From the NCBI RefSeq assembly GCF_001194135.2, contig NC_069005.1:2358277-2422276 (forward strand): 64,000 bases of DNA. Reading direction: 5' to 3'. Below are positions 37,569-51,565 of the stretch, piece by piece. Origin of the DNA: Octopus bimaculoides. Taxonomy: Eukaryota. The position numbers were made by a program, and so were the translations under genes. Below the pieces are notes generated by a model that was not told the DNA's origin, made no database searches, and was given only the letters and a program-made list of their open reading frames with translations. The first letter of the stretch is position 1, and the number at the start of each line of letters is the position of its first letter.

Positions 37569-38426
37569 TTGGTGGCATTCAAAACCGAAGCGTATTATAG
37601 TTCGATTCCCACACTCGGTGTGTCAGACGACCTCTGATTTTGGGCCGAACTTTTGAGGTTGAAATTCTATCCTGTAGACGAACGTATACGGAAATACTTA
37701 TACAAGCAACCGTGTTGTTGAATTCTTATGACTAAGTGTTGTGCTGGTAAAATATAACAAGATTTAACTATCTGTCGTAGGATGTTAATCTAGGTATCGT
37801 AGAGTCGTCTAAATAACTATTATAACATGTAAATCAGGTATAACTGTTAGACAAACAACTGTTATAAGGTACAGGAACTGAGATATCGAAGATTTGAATA
37901 AATATCAATACCTTGCGTACATTTTTTTTATTATGCATAAATGAATAAATATTGATTTTTGAATAAATTTCAAACTGGTATATACTGTTCAATCATAAAG
38001 AGTGTATGTATGTATGTATGTATGTATGTATGTATGTATGTGCGTATGTATGTTCGAATGTATTCATGTATGCATTTATAAATGTATGTTTGTACGTGTG
38101 AATGTTTGTATGCATTGTGGGAATGTACGTTTGAATATATATATATATATATGTATATAGGTATGTATGTATTGCATGTATGAATGTATGTATATGTATA
38201 TGTCTGATTGAATATATATTGTATGTCTGTATATATTTGTATATATGAATATGTGTGTGTGTGTATGTATACATACATATATAATATATACAAATATGCA
38301 CGTCTGAATGTATGCATGTGTTTATATACGCGTGAGTGAGCGTGTGTCGTGTTTGTCTTTGCAGAGAGCATATATAGTTATTTCACGCACGTAATGCATA
38401 ATATACATACACAAACTTAGAGACGA

Positions 38427-38470
<44 letters not shown>

Positions 38471-40947
38471 NNNNNNNNNNATATATATATATATATATTC
38501 ATTTATGGACAGAGATGTATATACATAGATATCGCGATGGTTTGATAGATAGATAAATATTTATACATACCGATAAACACAAATACTTTTCCACAATTTT
38601 CATTCTATGCATCCATGTTTAATATTTATTTTGATTTTCCGACGTTAAGCATTTTATTTTCTTCCTCTACATCTCTGTTTTTTTTTCACATACATACCCA
38701 CTTATACATACATAAATACGCGTACATACATACATTTATGCATACATATATATATATGCATATATATATATACATATATATATATACATATATATGTATA
38801 TATATGTATGAATATATATATATATATATATGTGTGTATATATGTATGTATGTATATGCATCAGCGTGTTTGTTCTTTGTCTGTATATGTTTACCTGTCA
38901 TGCATACACGCTCGCAGATGCATACATATTTGCGCTCATGCAGGTATACACGCGTGTGTGTATATGTGTGTATATATGTATGTTTGTTACAAGAAATAAT
39001 AAATTCTGTTCAGAGTTTACTTAAAACGGGCCCTTTAGACATATTTTGGAAATCATCAAAAGTATGTTTTAGTTTTGTAGAAATGTCAAAAGATAAAAAA
39101 AAAATACGTAAACTATATAAAAATGAATATTGTAAATAAAAAGTGAATAAAAAAAAATGAAATCAATAATGTGCCAGAAGATTTTATCAAAAAACACACC
39201 GCCATGACCACCACCACGGCTGCCATCACCACGGCTGCCACCACCACGGCTGCCACCACCACGGCTGCCACCACCACAACCACCGCCACCATCACTNNNN
39301 NNNNNNNNNNNNNNNNNNNNNNNNNNNNNNNNNNNNNNNNNNNNNNNNNNNNNNNNNNNNNNNNNNNNNNNNNNNNNNNNNNNNNNNNNNNNNNNCACCA
39401 CCACCAACAACAACAACAACAAAACTCCGACATTCACACCACCACTTCCACTACCACCGCCACAACCACCGCCACCGCCACAACATCTATCATTACCACC
39501 AGCAAAAATTACCACGTCCAACACCACCACCACCACCACCACCGTTCCTGGAGCTGGCGATGCATCGAGTTCTTGTGCAAAACACTTCATTTCACGTTGT
39601 TTCGATTCACTCAAATGCAAATGAGTTAACTCTGCGAAGGACTGGCGTCCCATCCAGTTGAAAGGTGGAAAGTGGATAATGGTCTCAATGAACCGTCTTA
39701 GGAGTTGAAAACAGTAATCTTTAGCGGCGACTTACTTTACTACTGCTGTCTTTTCCACACCACTATCCCCCACCTCCTCTTTCTCTTCATCATCTTCATC
39801 ATCATCATCACCATCGTCTGTAGTAACATTGGGAACCTGTACCTGTCTATTCTATTTGTTAGAAGCAGCAGCCAAATCTTCCTCACACGATACGCTATGT
39901 TCTTTGAAAAAAACAACAACAAAAGGGTTATATAAGTTAGTGCGTGAAGACTTAGTTGTATGCAAAAAAAAAAAAAAATCTGGGGTAGTTAGAGTAGCAA
40001 CGTGTTCGATTCTAGGTCTATTCTCCCAGTGATCTCTCCTGGTGGCTAAACAACATCAAGAAGAACAACAACAATATATAAACGTTCTTCGAATGAAGTA
40101 CACAGCATTTACAGCCAACACGTGTGGCCAATTTGACAGAATTGTTTGACTGAGATGCAATGCATCATGGTAGTGGTTCCACCTCTCTGCGCTCTGAGTT
40201 CGAATCGCTCTACCCTTAACATTATCTTTCATGCTTTCGAGATGGATAAACAGAAAATATCAATCAACCATAGCGGGGTTTTGGGGCTGGTGGTGGTGGA
40301 GCAGGTAAGAACGCCGAACCAACTGCTACGGAGTGTTATTTTTTTCCGGCTCTTTTTGTCGTTATGAGTTCAATACCTAGTACGGTCTACTTGGGTGGGC
40401 GGACTTAATCAGATTGTCTATTTGACATCGTCACATGTGAACTTGTGTGACTTTGGCGAAGTCCACTCTGATGCAAGAATTTGTGTCAGGTCTCCGGTTT
40501 GAGAATACTCTACCCCTACCCGTCTTAGAGATCCTGTAAAGGGTCATGAGTACTGCGTTTTCTCCTAACTGAATACTCCTTCTCCTCTGGTCTTCCTTCT
40601 CTCCTTCTGCCTCCCTCTCTCCTTCTTTTCCTCTCGTCTTCCCCTCCACCCCATCCTCCCTTTCTTTCCCTCCCTTCTCTCTTCCTTCCCCTCCCCACTT
40701 CCTCCGCTCCTCCCCCTTCAGTACGACATCCACCATCTACAATACAACCCTTATCACCTCCACCACCGACACCTCCTACACAACCATTACCATCATCAGC
40801 ATCATCGTCATCATCATCATCATCATCACGCCACCACCTACATAACCATCATGATCATCATCTCGTTGCTCCTCCCCCTCATCATCATCATCATCAGTGA
40901 CACCATAAAAGGCATCTATAATAAGAAGATGAAGAAGAAGATGAAAA

Positions 40948-40982
<35 letters not shown>

Positions 40983-41444
40983 GCAACAAGAACGGCAACA
41001 ACACCGGCTCGCTAAGAAAATCTATCAGTTGGTTGTTTTAAGATGAAAACAACGAAAGAGAAAAAGGAAGAAGAAGAGAACACTTCACCAGAAAAGATAA
41101 CATCAGTGGAAAAGCCAAAAAAGAAAAGAAAAGAAAAGGTTAATAATAAATTTAAAAAAAAAATCGTGAAATTAAAGGAAGACAGTAAGAGAAGGAGAGA
41201 GAGAGAAAGAGAGGGAGAGAGAAAAAGAAAATCATAGCAATTAATTCCTTTAGAAAACTGGATTAAATTAAACAGCCATTTTGAAATTATTTGGCGTTTC
41301 TCATGAAGATGTTTGTCACGTTTTTGTAAACTATTAACACTTTTACACGAGAAGTTGTTGTTGAGTTGCTGACAGTGGGCTGATAGAGGGCCACAACAGG
41401 TTAAAAACCCCCCACAAAATATAGAAATAGAGAGGTGACACACA

Positions 41445-41630
41445 TGAGGAGTAGATAGACAGCCAACAACTGATGAAGGGTTGTTCTTTGTGTTACTTGT
41501 CCTGTTTTCTATTTTTTCTCTCTCTCTCGTTGTTTGCGTATTTAACTTATTTGTTTTCGTACTTCATGTTGTTTACTGTCGGTGACGTCCTGTAATTAAA
41601 TGGAGTTACGTGAAACGATCGTACTGGCTT
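41445..41630 (+). mobile_element. Short dispersed repeat, probably a Penelope-like terminal fragment (copy 2)
   Basis: Homologous to 19743-19900; ends in GAAAC-GATC-GTA (41612-41623). Confidence 0.55.
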
Positions 41631-43149
41631 ACATCTGGATATCCTTGTTGCTTATTTNNNNNNNNNNNNNNNNNNNNNNNNNNNNNNNNNNNNNNNNNNN
41701 NNNNNNNNNNNNNNNNNNNNNNNNNNNNNNNNNNNNNNNNNNNNNNNNNNNNNNNNNNNNNNNNNNNNNNNNNNNNNNNNNNNNNNNNNNNNNNNNNNNN
41801 NNNNNNNNNNNNNNNNNNNNNCAAATACACACAAACACACACACATATATATTTTAATATGTTTGTATTGTCACCAAATCTTTGGAATTGTTTCACAGGG
41901 CAAATTCTTATTAAAAAAAGAAGAGAATTAAATTGTTTTGTCTTATTTCGTTTTTACCAATTATTTCTATGAATTTTTAAGAAACAAATAGTTTTTTTTT
42001 ATGTATATTTCATCTGGGAATATTTCTATCAAAATTTATAAAAATCACAATTGAGTGCGAACAAACGTAAAAAGAAAAACAATTTATAAAAATAAACCGA
42101 ACGAAAATGACAAAAAAAAAAAAAATTGAGTAAAGAAAATATAAAACAAACAAGCAAAAAGCAACATCAGTAAATATATAACAAAAACATAAGGCTGATT
42201 TGCATATGCGTTCTAAAACATTCGGTTAGATTCGATCCCAAATATATTAGTCGCCGTTGTGTGTGTAACAGAAGAAAACCTTCTTTCTACGACGACACAA
42301 GGTTCATAACACACTCGGCTCATTAAGAGAAAGGATTTTGGGATACCAATTTTTGACATGTGTGTCGTCTCATTATCCAGAAGTACTTGAAATATCGACC
42401 CTGTCGTGTATTGAACTCCTAATCACTACATAACAGTTACTATACAATTGTTTAAATTTCTAAAAACCGCCAGTCACATGACATGCACGAGTTTTATGTG
42501 AACTTGTCTGTTTTTGTTTTTATATATATTGCAATTTAATTAAGAAGGTTATACAAAAGGTTACAGTGGTGGCACAGTCGAACGAAACCCGCCCCCACTT
42601 CATTGTATGTGTTACTGTTTGTTGTCATCCGATTTATATTAATTTTTAACTTAAATTTCTAACAATTCATCTTCTGTAAAATGTTTCGTTTTATCGACCC
42701 CTCCCTCATTTTATCGTCCCCTCTATGTTTGGCAAAAAAAAAAAATAGTTGTTATCCTCTCTCATACGTTCGATGGTTGATTGTGCTTCCGCTACGACGA
42801 GACGGAAATTCGCAGTTTATGGCTGTTTCACCCTTGTTTCTACACCTGTGCAAAGCAAATTACAAAACTTGACAGAGTCTAAACAAGTTACTGGCTTTGT
42901 TTATAATAACAGCGAAAAAGCTCTTTGCTGATCAGTTTTGTCTGCCATCCAGTAAAAAAAAAAAAGAAAAACAGAATAAAAATTGTTTTCAGTAGACACA
43001 GCAATATCTGGCTGAAACTGTAACCAAAGCCAGTTAGGCAACTAGAGAGGTATACACACACACACACACACACACACAGACACACGTCTGGCACTTGTTG
43101 TACTCGAGAAAATCCGTACTCCACACAAGAAGTGTTAAAGCCGCTTCCC

Positions 43150-43397
43150 CTGGAGAAGAGGTTTGGCCTGTAAGTTCTGTGCCAGTTCCACTTAAAAAAG
43201 AAAGCAAATGCATTCGTGACGGCGCCACGTAAAAGCACCCAGCACACACTATAAGGTGTTTGGCGTCAGAAAGGGTATCCAGCTGTAGAAACCTTGCCAA
43301 GCCACGCCAAATCAGACTAGAGCCTGGTGTAGCTCTCCAGTTTGCCGGCTCCGGTAAATCGTCCAACCTATGCCAGCATGGACAACGGACGTTAAAT
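43150..43397 (+). mobile_element. Retroposon 3' tail of RTE type (...gggtatccagctgtagaaacc...ccaacctatgccagcatggacaacggacgttaaa)
   Basis: Recalled as a common octopus SINE/RTE-type 3' end; followed by a microsatellite. Confidence 0.6.
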
Positions 43398-43399
43398 CA

Positions 43400-43446
<47 letters not shown>

Positions 43447-43818
43447 ATGTACAAATAGGTAGACGCAGAAAGTTAGACAGATCCATTGATAAATGAATAG
43501 CTAAATAGAATAGATACATATGCGGTTGAAGTCCTTTCTGGTGCATAACTGCATCGTATGCTGCCAAAAGAGACAGAAATAAATGCATTCCCAGAACAAG
43601 CTGTAGTTTAACTTCATGTCTGCAGATATTCCAACAGCTATTATAATGTCTTCCCAAGAACCTTTCGTAACTACGTTAAGCAATATTAATCTCCTTAAAC
43701 TTACCATTGTTCCTGCCAAGAACATAGATGATACATTCTTCTTAAATTCTCGCGTCGACTTTCGGTTGAAAGCACACCAAGCGAATACACGCATACTGGC
43801 ATGCATATGTATACACAC

Positions 43819-43849
<31 letters not shown>

Positions 43850-43958
43850 ATCTCTATGCAAATATATACACACACACACATATACGCACATATATGTAAG
43901 TGTATATGTCTGAATGGATCGATCTATCTATCTATCTATCTATCTATCTAGTTATCTA

Positions 43959-44004
<46 letters not shown>

Positions 44005-44112
44005 CTTTGTGTGTAATAGACTCCTTTAACCCTCGTTTCTACAAAATTAAAAGGAATGTGCTGCTACTGAAATAAAAAGGAAATTTATCACAGGGTTTGG
44101 TTCTTTTCTTAC

Positions 44113-44305
44113 TGGAACAAAGTCTTATCTATTTCGTGTTTTAAGTCTTCCTGCCAGTTATCACATACGTCGAAAACCGATTCATCTAAGACAAACAAAA
44201 ATTTCGCATCGCATCGATATTCTATATTGCCAAATATCCTAACACCATGTTTCCTGAGAACGTGCCAGCTGTTTACGTCTTTGTTCATTCTGGCATGAAG
44301 AATAT
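44113..44305 (-). CDS. Candidate internal exon (193 nt), unknown protein
   Basis: Acceptor agcttttcag| and donor CA|GTAAGA. Open frame ILHARMNKDVNSWHVLRKHGVRIFGNIEYRCDAKFLFVLDESVFDVCDNWQEDLKHEIDKTLF with non-repetitive, protein-like composition. No family recognised. Confidence 0.35.
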
Positions 44306-44868
44306 CTGAAAAGCTGACCAACTTTTGTAACACTGGGTTGTAATATTACTAAATACTTAACTTCAAGCAGCATTGAATAAATTCCCTGTTTTCTACATAA
44401 GAGGAATTCAAGAAAGAAGGAAGAATTATTTACTGCTTTCTCTTTATTCCAGCACATTTACCATTTTCTCCCGGCATCTTTTGCAACTTCCTTAAACTTC
44501 TTTTACCTTTCAACCAAATTGTAGCTAAATTTTCCATCCATCCATCCATCCATCTATCCATCCATCCTCTTTGCCAATTATTCCTGGGTGGAATGGGGAG
44601 AACGTGGGAGTAGAATCTTCAGATACGTCCTCCATAGGATTCTATCAGATACAAACATCGTTTGACTTTCCGGTTGGATTTCCAAGCGGGACCATATTAG
44701 ATTATGTATATCATTCAATCATTTCGTTCTTCGTCTACCCCTAGGCCTTCTGCCTGCTGGCTCTGCTTGAAGAATTCGTCTTGAAATTCTTTCGCGCGAC
44801 ATTCTAATAACTTATGCGTGGTACCAGAAATGTGACCTCTCAAAACAGAGAGGTAGCTGCTCGACCTG

Positions 44869-45100
44869 GAAGTGAAAACTATAGTGGAGAAGTGGCTCAA
44901 AGAACAGTCAACAGAATTTTACAGGGTAGGGATACATGCTCTCGTTCGAAGGTGGAACATTGCTATTGAGAGAAACGGTGACTATGTTGAGAAATAGGGA
45001 TGTGATCCACAGAGGACCAGCTTCATTTTGATGTACGATACATGTTCCTGTGTTAGTAATTATACCTTTCCTAAAAAAAATGGCATTAATTTTTGACGCA
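44869..45100 (+). mobile_element. Mariner (DD34D-type) transposon 3' end
   Basis: EVKTIVEKWLKEQSTEFYRVGIHALVRRWNIAIERNGDYVEK* (stop at 44995-44997) is a typical mariner C-terminus, followed by a decayed terminal region. Confidence 0.88.
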
Positions 45101-45104
45101 TACA

Positions 45105-45148
<44 letters not shown>

Positions 45149-45547
45149 GTGTGTGTGTTTGTTGTGATGTATGCGTATGATCTGTGTGCGTCACACTTAC
45201 CGTAAACTTATGAACTTCCACCATGTTCTCTCCTTCAAAATCTTCCTCTTACCATTCCTTCCCATTTCACTCTTTCGTTTGTTTTCTCTATCTTACGATC
45301 TATCTCCACTTTCTTTCTTACTTTCTTTCTTTCTTTCTTTATTTCTCTCCCCCTCTCTAATCTAATGTACTCTTCTCTTCTCTACACACTCTCTAACTTT
45401 CCCCCCCGTCGCTGCTTCTTCTCTCTTTCCTCTTAAAATCCATTGACTTCACGATTATATCATTTACTTTAAATCAAATCTCTATCTTGCAGTATTGCTT
45501 CTTCACCCACACCCACACATCCACACACGTGTGTGTATGTGCATGTA

Positions 45548-45579
<32 letters not shown>

Positions 45580-45630
45580 CTCATATACATATATACACGC
45601 ATATATATGTATAAAATATCTATACATACG

Positions 45631-45686
<56 letters not shown>

Positions 45687-46184
45687 NNNNNNNNNNNNNN
45701 NNNNNNNNNNNNNNNNNNNNNNNNNNNNNNNNNNNNNNNNNNNNNNNNNNNNNNNNNNNNNNNNNNNNNNNNNNNNNNNNNNNNNNNNNNNNNNNNNNNN
45801 NNNNNNNNNNNNNNNNNNNNNNNNNNNNNNNNNNNNNNNNNNNNNNNNNNNNNNNNNNNNNNNNNNNNNNNNNNNNNNNNNNNNNNNNNNNNNNNNNNNN
45901 NNNNNNNNNNNNNNNNNNNNNNNNNNNNNNNNNNNNNNNNNNNNNNNNNNNNNNNNNNNNNNNNNNNNNNNNNNNNNNNNNNNNNNNNNNNNNNNNNNNN
46001 NNNNNNNNNNNNNNNNNNNNNNNNNNNNNNNNNNNNNNNNNNNNNNNNNNNNNNNNNNNNNNNNNNNNNNNNNNNNNNNNNNNNNNNNNNNNNNNNNNNN
46101 NNNNNNNNNNNNNNNNNNNNNNNNNNNNNNNNNNNNNNNNNNNNNNNNNNNNNNNNNNNNNNNNNNNNNNNNNNNNNNNNNNNN

Positions 46185-46240
<56 letters not shown>

Positions 46241-47237
46241 CATATATATATAAATACATATGTATACAAATATATAGATAGATATATATATATACATATG
46301 TGTGTGTAATTACTCAGACTCCGGAGTTATCTCATGTATGCTTTGTGATCTCGTTCTTACGCTCACAGTGCACATAGGCCAACGTAGAAAGAAGACGGGG
46401 TGACAAACGAGTAAACGGTTATCTCCATTAGCTTACGGCTGTTTCCTCCATGTGATGTAGTGGAGTAACACCAAAGTGTTCGACTAGAACTCCTCAGCTG
46501 CTGCCTCAGCATGGCCGAATTCTAATAACAGAAACGAGTAAGAACAGAGGAAGAGTCACGAAGAGCAACGTAAATACTGCTGATGAGGCAGCTAAATGGT
46601 TGTGGCTGAAATGAGGCGATCGGTGCGGATCAGTGGAACGCTGCCGGGAAGTAGGGCTAGGTTTGATCAACTCAAATCAGGTCACCTAAATGAGGGGGGG
46701 ATATTGTAAAACTCGTAACACATACGGAACCCAGGATATAATATTGATGAAGTGTTTGAGGATTGAATCCGTAGATGTGTTTATTTATATCTTTTATAGT
46801 TTTCTTATTCATTCCGCTTTGTATAATTTAGATATCTTTATACCTATCTCCATACTATATGTATACACATGTATATATACATATACACGCATGTATATAC
46901 ATATATATGTGTGTGCGTGTATATGTATAGCGTTGTTATTATGCAAAAGTGTCATAAGTCCAAAACGTTGCTTTTTCAGAAAAAAATTGTATCACCATTC
47001 CATTTCTTTTTACACTAGCAGCAATTTGATCATAACGATAATACTGTTTTGGGTGCATAAAATTGTAACTCTATGCATGTATAATATTTTCAGTCTGAAA
47101 TATTTTTTGTAAAAGTGTCATTTGTGGGACTAACAACACTTTTGAAAAATGCTAAACCATTATATATATATATATCCTCGTCTGTTGTTATTTTTTGTAT
47201 ATTTTCCCATATATANNNNNNNNNNNNNNNNNNNNNN

Positions 47238-47620
47238 ATGTATTTGTGTTTCTGTGTTTGTCCCCCACCATCGCTTGACAACCGATGCTGGTGTGTTTAT
47301 GTCGCCGTAACTTAGCGGTTCGGTAGAATAAGCACTAGGCTTACAAAGAATACGTCCCGGGTTCGAGTTGTTCGACTAAAGGCGGTGCTCCAGCATGGCC
47401 ACAGTCAAATGACTGAAACAAATAAAAGAATGTGCGCTCACACGCACGCATACATACATGTGTATATACGATGGGCTTCTTACATTATCCGTTTACCAGT
47501 TCCACTCGGAAGGTTTTGTTACGCCCGTGCCTATAAACTATTATTTTCCATATTACCAAGATGTCAAGCAGCGGGATTGAACCCGTAGCCGTGTGATTAG
47601 AAAGTAAGCTCACATCACAC
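47238..47620. mobile_element. SINE family A 3' half (+, to about 47430) followed by a 5' half (-)
   Basis: Direct similarity to the intact copies. Confidence 0.85.
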
Positions 47621-48659
47621 ACCCATTTCTGAACTTCTTTTTAAAGACTGTACAACGAAATACAAGGAAGAATTTCACTGCTATTCTACTGCGGAGAGAA
47701 AGTCTAACGACATAATAACCATTGTGGTCGATTCGGCCAAAAGTTGTTTATCACAGAAGGCAGACATTTTCATTTTTCCTTTTATCTCCGTTTTAGCGCC
47801 TCCAACTTCTTTGAGCCCAATTTTCCTGTCCAGATGCCAATCTGCTAACGTTAAAATAGACTATAAATAATGTAAGCCCCATAAAGCTCTCTTTAATCTC
47901 TCAGCTTCAGCTGACGTCCAAGGAATATTACCGTTGATAATTTTACTGTCCAGAAATAATATAGAAAAGAAGATCTTCGTATGTGTTATGATTTCGCTTT
48001 CTATCAAGCCAGATCTAGCAGACTTATGATCAAAGCTATTCGATCTTATTAACTGCCACCTTGAAATTTATCCAAATATGAACTATCAACGACATTATCA
48101 AATGCGTCATTCCATTTATTAAATAGACTAGGTGTTATTTAAAAGAGAAATGACTGTTATTTCTAGCAGCATGAATGAATGTATAGCGACTCTTTTTTTT
48201 TTTTTTTTATTTAATAACACATTGCACTGGGTTTTGAACTCGCAAATCCCAGATAAGGAAATTTATTTTGTTGAAGAAATCAATCTGATAATTTTATTTT
48301 CCTTCAGAGCAAAAGAAAAAAAGTGAAAGGAAAAAAGGAAAACGAACGGAAAAAATCCTTTTCTACTCTAGGCACAAAACCCCGAAATGTTTGGGGAGGG
48401 GGCCAGTTGATTAGATCGACCCCAGTACGCTGGTCTGTCAGCGCATACCTGTCCACTATCAGATACAGGATCTTGAGACCCCCACTCCCAGAGATTGGTG
48501 GTTGTTGGTGGAAGAGGGATCTCCTTCACGGATCCAGTATTTTCTATGCAAAGCAAAAGAGCAGGTGCTTAAAATTGATAATATGATTTTGAGGGACGAT
48601 TTAAGTCAGCCAGATGACTTTATGATACCGAGGCAGGATAAGTTTTAACCATTTTCACC

Positions 48660-48860
48660 CGACTTTTCATACTTGACTTCCACTCAGCCCTGAGACTGAC
48701 TGACCACTCTGCTGAAGACCATTTCCAAGTCCATATTTACCTGGAGCTCCGGTCCGAAGCAGATCCAAGACATCTAACTGGGGCCTCTGTCTAGCAACAG
48801 AAATCGCTCCTGGATGACAGAGAAATGATTCGCTGAAGCTGTTGAGCATTTGAACAAACT
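48660..48860 (-). mobile_element. Decayed L1/Tx1-like RT fragment
   Basis: Frame with stops GPS*MSWICFGPELQVNMDLEMVFSRVVSQ resembles the Tx1-type GPV..LGVWFGPDLQ.EKNW..V.SRVVS segment (recalled). Confidence 0.55.
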
Positions 48861-49693
48861 GATTTGTTCTGTTTGATGAGCTCATCATAGGACAAAAACG
48901 ATGAGAACCGAACACTGCTCTACACTAAAGCAACCACATAAAAAAAAAACTGTTCGCACAAATAAATGTCGAAATATTGCAACATAAAAAACAGAACCGA
49001 TTCTATTAAAAGACACTCTTTTGTTTTATCTCTCTTACCAAAGGACTTTGTATATTCACTCTGCCGCTACTCTCTCACCCTCCCCCACGCTCTGTCTCTT
49101 TCAAGTCTTCTCTCTTTTGTCTTTCTCTCTCCCAATCTCTCCTTCGTTTCCATTCTTACATTAACATGCTGTACAGCTACTAACGTTTAATTTATTAAGA
49201 ATTAATTAGAAATAATTGAAAAATACTATCACAGGGACGAAGAAATAAATAACAACACGAACAATATCGACAACAACAACAACAACAACAGAGAGCCAAT
49301 AATCACACAAGTTTAAGTTTGCAGTAATGTGGTGGCGGTGATGGTGGAAGAAGAGGTGGTGGTGGTGGATGTGGTAGTGGTGGTGGTGTGTTGTGCGCAC
49401 ATAGAGGAGACGGTTACAAAGGAAGCTATGACATTATTAAAACAAATATTGCAAGACAAAAGTACCAAAAGGCATAAGGCGATGTCACTCCAATCACGCC
49501 CAACACTACTCTAGCACCCACACACACATTTGTACCTTTTCATTCACTCGCACACATATACATACATACATACATACATGCATATAACCACATGTATGCA
49601 TGCACACATACATACACATACATACAAATTATATATTTATATATACATACGTACATATACAAACATGCATTCTAACATACATGTACACACATA

Positions 49694-49763
<70 letters not shown>

Positions 49764-49827
49764 CAAACATGCATTCTAGCATACATATACACACATAACT
49801 ACATATAAACCTACACTCACATATCAC

Positions 49828-49863
<36 letters not shown>

Positions 49864-49914
49864 AGAAGCAAAAATAATTGCACAGACACGTACAATGAGG
49901 TAATACGCATAGGT

Positions 49915-49959
49915 ACATGGTAGTGGTGGTGGAGGTGCTGACACTAGTAACGATAGTAA

Positions 49960-50013
<54 letters not shown>

Positions 50014-50390
50014 CAGTAGTAGTGGCTGTCCTGTAGTAGTGTTGGCGGTAATACAGGTGGTTGTCGTGGTGTTGTTAGCAACCCTACTGGCTATTGTGGT
50101 GGTGGCGGCGGTGATGGTGAGTTTACACAGGTGGGTGGTAGTGATGGTGATGATGGTTGTGGTGATGGCAGTGGTGGTGGTGGTGGTGGTAGTGGTAGTG
50201 ATACGCGTGTTGTTGCTGGTGGTGGTGTTGGCAACAACGGAAGTGGTGGGGTGGTGGCGGAAGTGGTGGGGTGGTGGCGGAAGTGGTGGTGGTGGTAGTG
50301 ATATTTGTACGTTGGTGGTGGTGATGGAGTTGGTGATTGTGACAGTATGAAGGTGGTAGTTTGTGGTGGTAGTGGTGGTGTTGGTGTTCT
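49915..50390. repeat. (GTA)n/(GGT)n compound microsatellite
   Basis: Direct reading. Confidence 0.92.
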
Positions 50391-50925
50391 TGTAAATGTG
50401 ACTACCTACACACACACATACTCTCACACAGATACACAAACACACACACACACACACACACGCACGCATATAAATGCACGTGTAAACACCTATACCGATA
50501 CATCCATGCTCACACCCATACATACACACATATGCGCATGCCCAAAATTACAAGTTGAGAGAATTCTTTGTGGCAGCATCAAAACAAAGACGCACTTTGA
50601 CCTAGCATGGTGTCAAATATATTAACGTCGTAAATTAATTTCTTGATTAATTCTAGAATTTTTAATTATTAATTAGCTATCTTGAAAAGATGCTTTAAAT
50701 AGACCAACTAGTTTCTGTTTTAATTATTAGTTTTAAATTTATTTCGTTTGTTAGTTTTCATGCAACCATCCAGGCGTAGCATTTTTGTATTAAAACACAT
50801 ACAGAAGTTGAGGGAGAGAGAGAGAAAGACGGTAAGGGAAGAGAGAGAGAGAGAGAGTAAGAGAGGAGAGAGAGCGTAATTCTCTATGATTTTTATATCT
50901 ATGCATAATAATTATATAATTATGC

Positions 50926-50999
<74 letters not shown>

Positions 51000-51040
51000 G
51001 TGTATGTATTTATCTTTCCGAATATATGCAGATATATGTG

Positions 51041-51102
<62 letters not shown>

Positions 51103-51399
51103 AATATATGTCAAGTGTAAACGGACCTCGTAGCCCCTAGATGGTAGATTATATGCTTTTAATGTATTGGGCTTTTTTCTAGGACATATTTTTCGTTCCT
51201 ATTCCTTCTGCCTTTTGTTTATATTGTATGGTCTTGTTTTTTACTCTGATAAAGCTCCGTGCCTTAATTCGAATGTCCTATGAAGATGAAGGACTTTATT
51301 TTCGCATTTATTAATAGACAGCGTTTTGGCAACGGTTCGGAAACGGCCGTAAGATTTGTTACGTCACCTGTTTGTTATGTCATGCTTTGTATGTATGTG

Positions 51400-51565
51400 G
51401 GCAGACGACTGGCTGGATGGATCCTGAGAACATTCAGAAACAGAGATAAGGAAACCATGATGGTCCTATGGAAGACATTCTTCCTCAGCCGCCTGGATTA
51501 CTGCTCCTAGCTATGGTCACCCAACAGTGTAAAATTAACAGCGGACCTTGAAGCAATCCAATTCT
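51400..51565 (+). mobile_element. CR1/L2-group LINE RT C-terminal fragment
   Basis: AGWILRTFRNRDKETMMVLWKTFFLSRLDYCS*LWSPNSVKLTADLEAIQ matches the SRLDYCSxLWSP motif. Confidence 0.85.

Noticed and set aside
41043-41237. Lys/Glu-rich ORF and the upstream (CAG)n run
   Set aside because: Low-complexity purine-rich and microsatellite sequence with no splice or homology support.
44440-44510. KFKEVAKDAGRKW, resembling an HMG-box helix
   Set aside because: Flanked by stops, only about 13 residues, and no other HMG-box segments nearby.
48667-48915. 82-aa ORF ending in SQV*, resembling a PDZ-binding C-terminus
   Set aside because: An overlapping frame matches a Tx1-type RT segment (FGPELQV...SRVVS), so the region is better explained as a LINE relic.
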